The notes below the pieces were generated by a model. That model ran no database searches, had not been told where the DNA came from, and saw only the letters and a program-made list of their open reading frames with translations. Positions 38,278 to 48,396 of a DNA stretch of 64,000 bases are shown here, piece by piece (the first letter of the stretch is position 1; every line of letters begins with the position of its first letter). This DNA is from Verrucomicrobiia bacterium. Its GTDB lineage: Bacteria; Verrucomicrobiota; Verrucomicrobiia; JADLBR01; JAIBCM01. The translations under genes and the position numbers were made by a program. The stretch covers positions 4,925-68,924 of the forward strand of contig JAWLBA010000001.1 in the NCBI GenBank assembly GCA_041395165.1, read 5' to 3'.

Positions 38278-38568
38278 TCAAACGAATGACAAAAAAGTAA
38301 CTAACCAGGCGATGAGAAGCGGTTGCCCCCAACGCGCCCATTGTAAGGGAGAACAAAAAAAAGAAGTGAGCTCATTTAAAAATTTGATTCCTAAAGGAAC
38401 AGTAAGTTCAAAATAATGGCCAAAAAAATTGTCGACATGTTGCAAACCGAGCACATGTTGCCGCATGTCATCTTGAAATGTGTTCTGAACATCTTCGCTC
38501 AAATGCAAAAAAATATGGATCGCATAACCCAGCAAAGCTGGAATATAAAATACCCATTTTTTTTTCAT
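38278..38568 (-). CDS. small membrane protein (96 aa), possibly GtrA-like
   Basis: Hydrophobic helices. Overlaps the GT2 stop by 1 nt. Confidence 0.35.
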   Translation of the reverse strand: MKKKWVFYIPALLGYAIHIFLHLSEDVQNTFQDDMRQHVLGLQHVDNFFGHYFELTVPLGIKFLNELTSFFCSPLQWARWGQPLLIAWLVTFLSFV

Positions 38569-38569
38569 C

Positions 38570-39460
38570 TTACAATTTCATGCGACGATCGATCAAATCG
38601 GCTAGTAATCCGATAAATATCATTTGAATGCCGGTCAATGCCATAGTAATGGAAAGCAATCCCAAATGGCCTTGTCCGGTGTAATCGATGTAACCTTTGA
38701 TTAAGCCCAAAAAAATAAGCAATAAAGCCGGCGGCATGAAAACATTCAACGGCTTGAAATAAGCACAAATGCGAATGATCAAAATGGTAAAATTAACAAA
38801 ATCGCGAATCGGATGAATCGAAGAATTGCCCACTCGCTTATGATAATTAATGGGGACAAATTTGACAGGGTAATGATTGGTAAGCAAAGCTAGAGTAATG
38901 GTGGTAGTAAAGGAAAAACCATCTGGAAAAAGAGTGAAAAATCTCATGGCTACTTCTTTTTGAAAAACGCGAAATCCGGAGTTTAGATCTGGAATTTTTC
39001 GGCCACTCAAATATTCCGCCAGTCGCGTGATTAACCATTTTCCTGGACGACGCAATAAGGGAACCTGTACCACTTTTCCTGTGCGGGCGCCCACTACCAT
39101 CGCGTATTTTTCTTTATCTTCCAAAAGTTTTGGAATGTCTTCCAAAGGATAGGTGCTATCGGCATCGGCAATTAAAATCCAATCATAACGCGCTTGCAAT
39201 AAACCTTTTTTTAGCGAAGCGCCATAACCTTGGTTGGTTTCATTTTCCAAAACGATAACGGGAAATTTTTGAGCAATCTCTCGTGTCTTATCTTCGGAAC
39301 CATCATCGATAACAATAATTTCTGTGCGAGAATCCATTTGCGATAAAAGGGATTGAATTGTTTTGGCAATGCTCTGTTCTTCGTTGTAAGCAGGAATGAG
39401 AATGCTTAAACCAGATTCGGTGAAGCTTGAGTTATGATTCATACCAACACTATTTCTCAA
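38570..39460 (-). CDS. GT2 polyprenyl-phosphate sugar transferase (GtrB/ArnC/DPM1-like)
   Basis: 296 aa with LSILIPAYNEE...DDGSEDKT...DADSTYP and two C-terminal TM helices. Confidence 0.85.
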   Translation of the reverse strand: MRNSVGMNHNSSFTESGLSILIPAYNEEQSIAKTIQSLLSQMDSRTEIIVIDDGSEDKTREIAQKFPVIVLENETNQGYGASLKKGLLQARYDWILIADADSTYPLEDIPKLLEDKEKYAMVVGARTGKVVQVPLLRRPGKWLITRLAEYLSGRKIPDLNSGFRVFQKEVAMRFFTLFPDGFSFTTTITLALLTNHYPVKFVPINYHKRVGNSSIHPIRDFVNFTILIIRICAYFKPLNVFMPPALLLIFLGLIKGYIDYTGQGHLGLLSITMALTGIQMIFIGLLADLIDRRMKL

Positions 39461-40468
39461 CTAAATTTCTAATTTTTGGAAGTTTTTTAATTTAGATTCT
39501 AGCCAATCTAGGCTTGTTGAAGTAATAAAAATTTGAAAATCAGGGTCTAATAAATTTAACAGAGCCGTGCGACGACGATTGTCCAATTCACCAAAAATAT
39601 CATCAACCAAAATGATTGGTTTTTTTTCCAAGTAATTTTGAAGAACAGCAATTTCTGCCAGTTTTAAGGCAATAGCTGCGGTGCGATGTTGACCTTCGCT
39701 GCCATAAGTTGCCATAGGTTTTTGATTAAGACGCAAAACAATTTGATCTCGATGAAAACCAATAAGTGTCCGTTTATACTGTCTTTCCTCTTCAAAAGAA
39801 ACTTTCCAAGTAGCGGGAGCATATTGCCAATCTAACGTTTCAGAATTTTTTGAAAGATGTTTGTAAAAAATAGTGGCTATTTTTCCTATTCTTCGAGCTA
39901 GCTGTTCATGTGCTTGTTGAAGTGGTTTACCCCACTTTTCCATTTGATAAGTCAATGACTCGAATAAAATTTTATCGAAATTAAGTTGTCGAAGCAAAGC
40001 ATTGCGATGTTTTAAAATTTTTTGATAATTAAGAAAAGAAATGAGGTGGGATTGGTCGAGTTGAATCAAAATTGAACTAAGAAATTTTCGGCGTTCCGAT
40101 GAACCTCCTCCACATAGTTCCTTATCCTGCGAAGTCAGTGCTACGCATAAAAAATGATGCAAAAAATCGATGGGTTTTACGGGGTTATCGTTTAAAAAAA
40201 TTTTCTTTTCTTCAGGTGACCAATCGATACCTAGTTTATCCGTGTCAGTAAAAAGTCGAGTCGCAAACTGTTTTTTGCCGTGTTTAATCAATTCCCGAGT
40301 AGTCGCTGTGCGAAAGGAACGAAGTCGACTGACATAATAAATCGCTTCTAATAAAGCGGTTTTTCCTCGTCCATTATTGCCGACAATCAAATTAAAATGG
40401 GGAGAAAAACGGGCAGAAAACTGGTGATGACAACGGAATTGACTTAAACGCAGTTCTTGAATGAGCAT
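39461..40468 (-). CDS. recF: DNA replication and repair protein RecF
   Basis: 335 aa with Walker A GNNGRGKTALLEAIYY and a signature motif. Directly downstream of dnaN. Confidence 0.9.
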   Translation of the reverse strand: MLIQELRLSQFRCHHQFSARFSPHFNLIVGNNGRGKTALLEAIYYVSRLRSFRTATTRELIKHGKKQFATRLFTDTDKLGIDWSPEEKKIFLNDNPVKPIDFLHHFLCVALTSQDKELCGGGSSERRKFLSSILIQLDQSHLISFLNYQKILKHRNALLRQLNFDKILFESLTYQMEKWGKPLQQAHEQLARRIGKIATIFYKHLSKNSETLDWQYAPATWKVSFEEERQYKRTLIGFHRDQIVLRLNQKPMATYGSEGQHRTAAIALKLAEIAVLQNYLEKKPIILVDDIFGELDNRRRTALLNLLDPDFQIFITSTSLDWLESKLKNFQKLEI

Positions 40469-40471
40469 GCT

Positions 40472-41569
40472 TTAAGCCACTCGCATCGGCATAATAACGT
40501 AAAGGAAAGTGGCTGTGTCGATTCGCATCACGCCTGGGCTCAATTCATCGACAAAATCCATGTGAATTTCGTCGGAAGAAAGATTTTTCAAGGCGTCCAT
40601 GACGTATTCTGGATTAAATGCGATGGTTAACTCTTTACCGCGATATTTAATCGGCAAAGTCTCACGCGCTTCCCCAATCTCAGGCGTGTTCGCGCTAAGG
40701 GTTAAAGTGTCTTTATTAAAATTAAGTTTTACTGAGCTAGATTTCTCACTCGTTAATAAAGAAACGCGTCGCAACGTATTAAAAAAAGTTTCTCTTTCCA
40801 ACGTAATTCTCTCTTTCGTTTCGTTAGGAATGACTTGGCGATAGTTCGGGTAATTGCCTTCGATTAATTTAGAAACCAGTACAGCCCCATTTAATTCCAA
40901 TCGAATTTTGTTTTCGGTTAAAGCAAGCGTGATATCACCCTCGTCTTTGAGTAAACGTTGTATTTCATTAAGCGTCTTGGTCGGAATAATAATGTCAATC
41001 TCTTGGCTTTTTGCGAATTCCAAATCCGACTCAGTCAGTGCCAAACGCCTACCGTCCGTAGCAACCATGGTTAATTTTTTCTCTTTAAAGCTCATCAGCA
41101 CGCCGTTGAGAACATAACGTGTTTCATCATGAGAAATAGCGTAAGAAGTCTTTTTAAACATGTCTTTTAATAACGCTTGTTCAATATTAATCTGGCGCGC
41201 ATTTTCTAGCTTAGGAAAAGGAGGAAATTCCTCTTGGGAAAGACCATTGATTTTAAAGAATGATTGCCCAGAACGGATGGAAGCAATATCTTTACTATCC
41301 ACTTCTAAATCAATTTCGTGGCTCGGTAATTCTCGAAAAATACTTAAAAGTCGACGCGCTGGTAAAGTTGTGCCTCCTTCTTCAGAAATTTGTGCTTCAA
41401 TTTGACAAGTAATGCCAACGTCTAAGTCCGTAGTTGAAAGTTCCAATTTACCTTTTTTCGCTTGTAAAAGGACATTTTGAAGAATAGGCAAGGTTGTGCG
41501 TGTAGAAATAACACTTTGCACCTGTTGCAAACCCTCTAGCATTTTATCTTTAGCAACGCGAATTTTCAT
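40472..41569 (-). CDS. dnaN: DNA polymerase III beta sliding clamp
   Basis: 365 aa starting MKIRVAKDKMLEGLQQVQSVISTRTTLPILQNVLL, a typical DnaN N-terminus. Confidence 0.9.
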   Translation of the reverse strand: MKIRVAKDKMLEGLQQVQSVISTRTTLPILQNVLLQAKKGKLELSTTDLDVGITCQIEAQISEEGGTTLPARRLLSIFRELPSHEIDLEVDSKDIASIRSGQSFFKINGLSQEEFPPFPKLENARQINIEQALLKDMFKKTSYAISHDETRYVLNGVLMSFKEKKLTMVATDGRRLALTESDLEFAKSQEIDIIIPTKTLNEIQRLLKDEGDITLALTENKIRLELNGAVLVSKLIEGNYPNYRQVIPNETKERITLERETFFNTLRRVSLLTSEKSSSVKLNFNKDTLTLSANTPEIGEARETLPIKYRGKELTIAFNPEYVMDALKNLSSDEIHMDFVDELSPGVMRIDTATFLYVIMPMRVA

Positions 41570-41790
41570 AATTTTTAAAAGTTATTAGACCCTCTGTTTA
41601 TAAAAGAAAAAATAAAACAAACAACTCTTCTTAGTAATGACGTGAATAAGAGTTCTTATCGTTCTTGTCAAGTGAACCCCAAAGACTTAGCTAGGTTTTT
41701 GTTTGGGAATAACTTTAGAATAACTCACTGTTTTTTTGTAAATTTTACAATTATGGAAAAACAGAAAAGAAAATTGCTTTTTTCTAACCA

Positions 41791-41799
41791 GTTATTCAC
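41791..41799 (+). promoter_or_regulatory. DnaA-box consensus TTATTCACA (TTATNCACA) in the AT-rich region upstream of dnaN
   Basis: Exact match to the 9-mer consensus. A second 8-of-9 box (c)GTGAATAA lies at 41641..41649. Confidence 0.3.
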
Positions 41800-41859
41800 A
41801 GAACTTTATATTATTTATTAATAGAATTTTTTTAAATTTTATGCAAAGGTAATAAAGGT

Positions 41860-42360
41860 ATGGCTGTCGATTTCGTCCCTCAAAAGTTTTCTTCGGACTC
41901 CATTTTTTTAAAGAAAATTTTAGTGCCGATCGATTTTTCGCAACCTTGCCTTAAAGCAATGGATTATGCTTTGGTGTTGGCTCAACATTTTGGCAGTCAA
42001 ATTATTTTGGTTCATGTGATTCGTAAAATAAATCCAGCTACTCGTATTGTTGTTGATCGTCCTAAATTACAAAACCGTTTGAAAGAAGAGGGGCAACGTT
42101 TACTCAATACTTTTGTTAAAAAACATATTTGTTTAAAAGTTAGCTTAGATAAAATTATTCGAACAGGAGTTCCGTTTGATGAAATTGTTATGACAGCCAA
42201 ACGTTACAATGTAGATGCCATTGTAATTGCAACTCATGGTTATTCAGGTTTAAAACACATCACTATGGGTAGCACGGCTGAAAGAGTAGTTCGCTACGCA
42301 CCTTGCCCTGTTTTGGTTGTTCGAGAAAAAGAACACGAATTCATTATCAAAAAGAAATAA
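41860..42360 (+). CDS. universal stress protein (UspA family)
   Basis: 166 aa with the UspA fold motifs ILVPIDFS...VHV...ATHGYSGL...GSTAERVV. Confidence 0.8.
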   Translation: MAVDFVPQKFSSDSIFLKKILVPIDFSQPCLKAMDYALVLAQHFGSQIILVHVIRKINPATRIVVDRPKLQNRLKEEGQRLLNTFVKKHICLKVSLDKIIRTGVPFDEIVMTAKRYNVDAIVIATHGYSGLKHITMGSTAERVVRYAPCPVLVVREKEHEFIIKKK

Positions 42361-42363
42361 ACT

Positions 42364-43773
42364 TCAGCAAGTTTTTTCGAAACGATTTTTTAAAGTTTGC
42401 TCGAGTTGATTGTGAATTCCTCCAAAACCGCCGTTGGAAAAGATGATAATAACATCTTTTTTTTCCAGTAGTGGCACAAGCTTTTTGACGATAGCTGGAG
42501 CATCGGTTTCGTAGAATGCAGGCACTCCTTTGGCTTCGATGGACGCGACAACTTTTTCGGGATTCAATCGCTCATTTTCTGGCAATTGCTCCAGACGCGC
42601 GACTTGAGAAACAAAAACGCCATCCGCGAGAGCCAAAGCCTCGGGTAAGGAATTTTGAAAAACTGCGCGACGCGTGGTGTTGCTGCGTGGTTCGAATAAT
42701 GCCCACAATCGTCGACCTTCATAACGTTGTCGCAACCCTTTTAACGTTTCTTTCATGGCTGTGGGATGATGTCCAAAATCATCGACAATCGTAATATCAC
42801 CCACCGTTGCACGCTCCTCTTGACGACGTTTAACGCCTTTGAATTGTTGGAGCGCTTCGGCAATGGTGGAAAGATCAATTTGATAAAAATGCGCAGCAGC
42901 AATAGCCATCGCGGCGTTGCGAACATTAAACTCACCGTGCATTGGTAAGTCGAATTTTTTTCCTAAAACTTCAAACTGTACTCCTAAGCTCGAAGATTGA
43001 AAATTTTTAATAGCAATCGCCGCATTGTTCGAAAAACCCACTTCTGTCACAGGCGCTAAAGCGTTTTTAACCACAGCCAGGGAATTGGGATCATCCGCGT
43101 TGACCAGAATCATTCCTTGTGTGGGCACGAGATTAACCAAGCGACGAAATGAGAGTTGGATCGACGCGAGATTTTCGTAAATGTCCGCGTGATCAAATTC
43201 GACATTATTAATAATCACCAACTCCGGAAGATAATGTAGAAACTTAGAGCGTTTATCAAAAAAAGCGGTGTCGTATTCGTCTCCTTCCAAAATCCAAAAA
43301 TTACTTTTACCCTTTTTGCAACCGCGATCAAAATTACCGGGCAACCCACCAATTAGAAAACTAGGATCTTTCCCAGCAAATTCAAAAATCCAAGCTAACA
43401 ACGAACTCGTTGTTGTTTTGCCATGTGTGCCGGTAACAACTAAATTATGAGCGCCTTTCAAAAAAAATTCCTTCAAAACTTCTGGCAAAGATAAGTAGGG
43501 CAGTTTTTTGTTCAGAATCGTTTCCACTTCCGGATTACCACGACTTATCGCATTACCAATCACACAAAAATCCGGAGCATTACCTAAATGACTCGCTTCG
43601 TAACCCGATTTTAATTCCACGCCACAATTTTCTAAAAATGTCGACATCGGAGGATAAACATTTTGATCCGATCCTGAAACGTGATAACCGCAAGCTTGCA
43701 TCATCGCAGCCACATTTCCCATAGCCGTTCCGCAAATGCCAACAAAATGAATTCGCTTTTTATCTTTTGTCAT
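42364..43773 (-). CDS. mpl: UDP-N-acetylmuramate:L-alanyl-gamma-D-glutamyl-meso-DAP ligase (Mpl)
   Basis: 469 aa. The N-terminal IHFVGICGTAMGNVA...NVYPPMST...GTHGKTTT pattern matches Mpl rather than MurC. Confidence 0.8.
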   Translation of the reverse strand: MTKDKKRIHFVGICGTAMGNVAAMMQACGYHVSGSDQNVYPPMSTFLENCGVELKSGYEASHLGNAPDFCVIGNAISRGNPEVETILNKKLPYLSLPEVLKEFFLKGAHNLVVTGTHGKTTTSSLLAWIFEFAGKDPSFLIGGLPGNFDRGCKKGKSNFWILEGDEYDTAFFDKRSKFLHYLPELVIINNVEFDHADIYENLASIQLSFRRLVNLVPTQGMILVNADDPNSLAVVKNALAPVTEVGFSNNAAIAIKNFQSSSLGVQFEVLGKKFDLPMHGEFNVRNAAMAIAAAHFYQIDLSTIAEALQQFKGVKRRQEERATVGDITIVDDFGHHPTAMKETLKGLRQRYEGRRLWALFEPRSNTTRRAVFQNSLPEALALADGVFVSQVARLEQLPENERLNPEKVVASIEAKGVPAFYETDAPAIVKKLVPLLEKKDVIIIFSNGGFGGIHNQLEQTLKNRFEKTC

Positions 43774-43821
43774 GAGAAAGAAAAGTTATCTGAATTTTAA
43801 AAATTAGAAAATTGATTATTT

Positions 43822-44541
43822 TTGCGTGTAAAATATTCATTTCTTGCTACAATCACCCCTTATTGCATGAATTTTCGATTCTCCTGGTTATTACCGGTTA
43901 TAGCAATGGGATGGTTGGTGGGTTGCGCAAGTTTGGATGAAGCCGACGATTCCGACGATGTTCCGTCTCGAGAAAAATCGAAACCAACACCAAGACCGAC
44001 GACCGTGGCTTACATTAGTGTCGCGCAACAAATGATGGAAGTAGTTAGAGACGGCGTTCGTATTGCGCGTTATCCCGTTTCCACTTCTAAATATGGTCTA
44101 GGTGACGATCCGAATAGTTATAAAACGCCACTTGGAATTTTTGAAATTGCTAAAAAAATTGGTGAAGGCGTGCCGCGTGGTGGCAAGTTTTATAAACGTA
44201 AATTTACTGGAGTCGTTTTTGATTTGGATCATTACGATCCTATTCTTCATCCCGCGGAATACGATAGCATTCTCACACGCATTTTATGGTTAAACGGATT
44301 GGAATGGCGCAATCGTCGCGCTTACAATCGTGGCATTTATATTCATGGCACTAACCAAGAGCATCTCGTGGGCCGACCAGTGAGTTACGGTTGTATCCGT
44401 ATGAAGAACAATGATGTTCTTAAGCTTTTTGAATTGTTGGATGAAGGCGCTTATGTTGTTATTCGCCAAGCGCCTTTGCCTAATGGCCCTTCTTACCAAG
44501 ATTTGATTGCTCTTACCCAACGCGCCAACACTTCGGGCTAA
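43822..44541 (+). CDS. L,D-transpeptidase (YkuD domain)
   Basis: Lipoprotein-like signal with Cys (LVGCASL). Catalytic motif IYIHGT...SYGCIRM. Confidence 0.8.
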   Translation: MRVKYSFLATITPYCMNFRFSWLLPVIAMGWLVGCASLDEADDSDDVPSREKSKPTPRPTTVAYISVAQQMMEVVRDGVRIARYPVSTSKYGLGDDPNSYKTPLGIFEIAKKIGEGVPRGGKFYKRKFTGVVFDLDHYDPILHPAEYDSILTRILWLNGLEWRNRRAYNRGIYIHGTNQEHLVGRPVSYGCIRMKNNDVLKLFELLDEGAYVVIRQAPLPNGPSYQDLIALTQRANTSG

Positions 44542-46412
44542 GCAGATTCGGTAATCAACGAATTACCGCCAAATTGCAATTCATTTAATCGTCGATAAAG
44601 CACGGATTCGTTCAATAAAAATTCATGAGTGCCTCGTGCTACAACTTGACCTTGGTCTAGCACGATGATTTCATCTGCTCTTTCAATGGTGCTCAAACGG
44701 TGTGCGATGGCAATTACTGTGCGGCCAGTGGAAAATTTATCAATTGCATCTTGCACTTTTGCTGCGCTTTCCGCATCCAAAGCGCTTGTCGCCTCATCCA
44801 GCAAAAGAATTGGTGCATTTTTCAAAAAAGCGCGAGCCAAACTTAGCCGTTGTTGTTGACCACCTGAAAAACGACAACCTTTATCGCCTACAATGGTATC
44901 ATATTTTTTAGGGAGTTGCTCAATAAACTCATCAGCATGTGCCAAAGCAGCAGCTCGTTCTATAGATTCCTGGCTGGCTTTAGGTCGGCCATAGAGAATA
45001 TTTTCCCGAATACTGGCGTGAAAAAGAAAAGTTTCTTGGGAAACCAACCCAATCTGGCGACGCAACGATTCCATCTCAATATCACGAATATCTTTGCCAT
45101 CGATCAACACCCGACCTTGTTGAGGCTCATAAAAACGCATAATCAAATTGAAAATAGAACTTTTTCCCGCGCCACTCGGGCCGACGAGCGCATAAAATTT
45201 GCCTGGTTCAAAGACGAGAGAGACATTCTTTAAAGCGCGGCGTTGTTCCAAAATACGGCCTTCTTGCGGTCCTCCTTCTTCATGAAAACGGCGAATGACA
45301 TATTTAAATTTTACATTTTCCAACTCTACTCGACCCTGTGATGAATCAATAACCAAAGCATTAGGCACGTTTTCTACACTCGGTTTTGTATCTAAAATGC
45401 TAAACAAGCCTTGCAACATGGTAGATACGCGTTGAGCGGTTACATAAATGCGGCTTAAACTTTTAAAAGGGCCATACATTAAAAAAATTCCGGTCGCGAC
45501 AATGATCAAATCCTTAGCGGCCATGTGAGTATAAATCCCATAAATGATTGCTGCACCAAAACCGATCGAGGCCAGAACTTCTACACTTGGACCCACCAAT
45601 TCCATTAGCTTGCGATTTCGCATCGAAGCATTGTATTCGTCCAAGCCCGCCTTTTTGAAACGGCGGATTTCGTCTGCGCTTTGGGCGTAAGATTTGACCA
45701 CACGCATGCCCAGCAGATTTTCTTGCAAAATGGTAACTGTTTCAGCTCCAGAACTTTCCTCTGCTCTGCCTTTACGACGCACGCGGTAACCGATAACTAG
45801 GGCAGGAATTAAACTCGCGGGAATAAAAAACAACACCATTAACGTAAATTTGGGATTGTGATGAATCATGTAGCCTATCACCCCGACCAAAGCCATGGGT
45901 TGTTTTACCACATCAGCCACCAATTGGGTTAACACCATTTGAGTATTTTTAGTGCGTTGCACGACCTGAAAAATGAGTTTTCCCGATTTTTGATTTGCAA
46001 AATAATCCAAAGACAACCGCTGCAAAGCGGAAAAAATTTCCGTTTTTAAATCAAATAAAATCCGCAACCCTACCCACATTGTGCAATAAACACTGAGATA
46101 ACCCAAAACTGCCCTTACAATAAAATAAAAAGGTACTAAACTACCAGCTAACACAATTTCCCATAGAGAAAGTTGAACCTTCGATTTTTCTAAAGATTCC
46201 AAACTCCACTTTAAAAAAGGCAATAGAGCTCCCTCCCAACTTCCTGCCAGACCGCCTAGAGCCAATCCTGCAATCCAACGAAATCGATAAGGTTTTACGT
46301 ATTGTCCCAACCGTTTAAAATGTGGCCAAACTTCCAAAAAATCTTTCACGGAATGCTGTAAAAATCGCTTTAAACGGTTTTGGGAAATTTCCCGAGTATC
46401 ATTTTTTTCCAT
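44538..46412 (-). CDS. ABC transporter ATP-binding/permease (MsbA-like exporter)
   Basis: 624 aa: an N-terminal 6-TM domain followed by an NBD with Walker A GPSGAGKSS, signature LSGGQQQR and Walker B ILLLDEATSALD. Confidence 0.85.
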   Translation of the reverse strand: MEKNDTREISQNRLKRFLQHSVKDFLEVWPHFKRLGQYVKPYRFRWIAGLALGGLAGSWEGALLPFLKWSLESLEKSKVQLSLWEIVLAGSLVPFYFIVRAVLGYLSVYCTMWVGLRILFDLKTEIFSALQRLSLDYFANQKSGKLIFQVVQRTKNTQMVLTQLVADVVKQPMALVGVIGYMIHHNPKFTLMVLFFIPASLIPALVIGYRVRRKGRAEESSGAETVTILQENLLGMRVVKSYAQSADEIRRFKKAGLDEYNASMRNRKLMELVGPSVEVLASIGFGAAIIYGIYTHMAAKDLIIVATGIFLMYGPFKSLSRIYVTAQRVSTMLQGLFSILDTKPSVENVPNALVIDSSQGRVELENVKFKYVIRRFHEEGGPQEGRILEQRRALKNVSLVFEPGKFYALVGPSGAGKSSIFNLIMRFYEPQQGRVLIDGKDIRDIEMESLRRQIGLVSQETFLFHASIRENILYGRPKASQESIERAAALAHADEFIEQLPKKYDTIVGDKGCRFSGGQQQRLSLARAFLKNAPILLLDEATSALDAESAAKVQDAIDKFSTGRTVIAIAHRLSTIERADEIIVLDQGQVVARGTHEFLLNESVLYRRLNELQFGGNSLITESA

Positions 46413-46450
46413 AAATTATCTAACTATATCACATCTTCAAAAAAGAATCC

Positions 46451-48274
46451 CTATTGCTTTTGTTGTAATAACGATTCTGTAGCAAAATAAAACATTTTCT
46501 CAGCTAAGATTTGCGTGCCTTCGTCTAAAGCTTGATTTGCTTTTTTTAACCGTTCCAATTCCTGGTTTTGTAGTGCCTCACTTACTTTTTTGGCGAGTTG
46601 TTTGATAGCATCAATTTCTTTTGGCAGCAGGCGATTTTGTAATAGTGACAAAGCCTTGTCCGTTGCTTCCAGCATTTCTTTGGCTTTTAACTCAGCTTCC
46701 ACCCAACGTCTTTGCGAGACATCTTCAAACGCGTGCGATAAAGAATCTGCAAGCATTTCTTCCACTTTTTGATCGGAAACTTCAATGGCCGACTTAAGTT
46801 CTATCACCTCTTCCTGCCCCGTTTTAATATCGCGCGCCAACACTTTCAAAATGCCGTCTGCATCAATCTCAAACTGCACGCCTACTCGTGGCACGCCGCG
46901 TGGTGCTGCTTCAAATTCCAATTCTAACTGTCCTAGAGGCCAATTATCTTTAGCAAGTTCGCGTTCCCCTTGAAGAACCAGAATTTTCATCGCGCGCTGG
47001 TAATCCACAGCCGTTGTAAACATTTCACCCGCTTTAATTGGAATCGTTGAATTACGCGGGATGATCACATTCATCAACCCGCCAAAAGTTTCGATGCCTA
47101 AAGAAAGTGGTGTGACATCCAACAATACCACATGAGAAATGTTTCCTTCCAAAATACCCGCTTGTAATGTTGCGCCCAAAGCTACTGCTTCATCGGGATT
47201 CATCGAAATGTTAGGTTCTTTACCAAAAATTTCTTTCACCAAATCGCGAACCAACGGCATTCGTGTTTGCCCTCCCACCAAAATCACTTCATCCAAAAAC
47301 TCCGGTTTGATTTTGGCATCCAACATGGCTTGAAGACAGTGTTGGCGCGTTTTTTCAATGATGGGTTTGGCCAAGCGATTTAACTCGTCACGTGTTAACA
47401 CATAAGAAAAATTAAAATTTTCCTCAAGAAAAGGGAGATGAATTTCAGCTGATTCTTCCGTAGATAAAACGATTTTTACTCTTTCGGCTTCTTCACGCAA
47501 TCGCGTGTTGATGATAACATTGGATTTTCCTGAAAATCCTTTTTCCAACATTTTTTGCCATAAAAATTCGCTGACTTTTTGATCAATATCATCGCCGCCC
47601 AAACAGGTATTACCATGCGTCGATCGCACTTCAAAAACACCGAGATTAAGTTCCAAAATAGAAAGATCAAATGTTCCTCCGCCCAAATCATAAACAGCAA
47701 TCAAAGCACGCTGTTTTTTGTCTAACCCATAAGCTAGAGCGGCAGCAGTGGGTTCGTTAAGAATGCGTTCCACCGTCAAACCTGCCAGCTCGCTAGCGCG
47801 TTTGGTGGCATTACGCTGGGCATCATTAAAATAAGCCGGCACAGTAATCACCGCGCGACTGATTGGTTCGCCGCATTCATTTTCCGCATTGGCTTTTAAT
47901 TTTTTTAAAATTTCCGAGGCAATTTCTTCGGGTGAATAATTTTTATCACCAATGGGAACTGCCACTTGTCCGGAAGCATTTTGGGTTAAAAGATAATTCA
48001 CCTTTTTTTCCTGATCATTTAACTCAGAGAAACGGCGTCCCATGAATCGTTTCACCGAATAAACCGTTTTTTCAGGGTTCAATGCCTGTTTTCGTTTTGC
48101 TGGATGGCCTACTAAAATTTTTTCTGAAGAAAAGTTGACCACGGAAGGCGTGATTCGGTGCCGTTCCGCATCAGCAATCAGAATCGGAAATCCTGAATCC
48201 ATTCTGCCCACTAAGGAATTCGTAGTTCCAAGATCAACCCCAATAATTTTAGACATAGCTTTAATTAGCAGCAT
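46451..48274 (-). CDS. hscA: Hsp70-family chaperone, HscA-like
   Basis: 607 aa with [13 protein letters not shown] and DLGGGTFD motifs. Lies downstream (same strand) of an HscB-like co-chaperone. Confidence 0.75.
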   Translation of the reverse strand: MLLIKAMSKIIGVDLGTTNSLVGRMDSGFPILIADAERHRITPSVVNFSSEKILVGHPAKRKQALNPEKTVYSVKRFMGRRFSELNDQEKKVNYLLTQNASGQVAVPIGDKNYSPEEIASEILKKLKANAENECGEPISRAVITVPAYFNDAQRNATKRASELAGLTVERILNEPTAAALAYGLDKKQRALIAVYDLGGGTFDLSILELNLGVFEVRSTHGNTCLGGDDIDQKVSEFLWQKMLEKGFSGKSNVIINTRLREEAERVKIVLSTEESAEIHLPFLEENFNFSYVLTRDELNRLAKPIIEKTRQHCLQAMLDAKIKPEFLDEVILVGGQTRMPLVRDLVKEIFGKEPNISMNPDEAVALGATLQAGILEGNISHVVLLDVTPLSLGIETFGGLMNVIIPRNSTIPIKAGEMFTTAVDYQRAMKILVLQGERELAKDNWPLGQLELEFEAAPRGVPRVGVQFEIDADGILKVLARDIKTGQEEVIELKSAIEVSDQKVEEMLADSLSHAFEDVSQRRWVEAELKAKEMLEATDKALSLLQNRLLPKEIDAIKQLAKKVSEALQNQELERLKKANQALDEGTQILAEKMFYFATESLLQQKQ

Positions 48275-48396
48275 CTTTTGTGAGTTGAAGCGCTAAAACG
48301 CGATTTTAACTAAGGAAGAAGGTTAGATTTTGGCTAAATTTTATAAATCGTTTGACTTAATGTCTTACGTGAGCGAAATTTTCTAAATTAAAAGTT

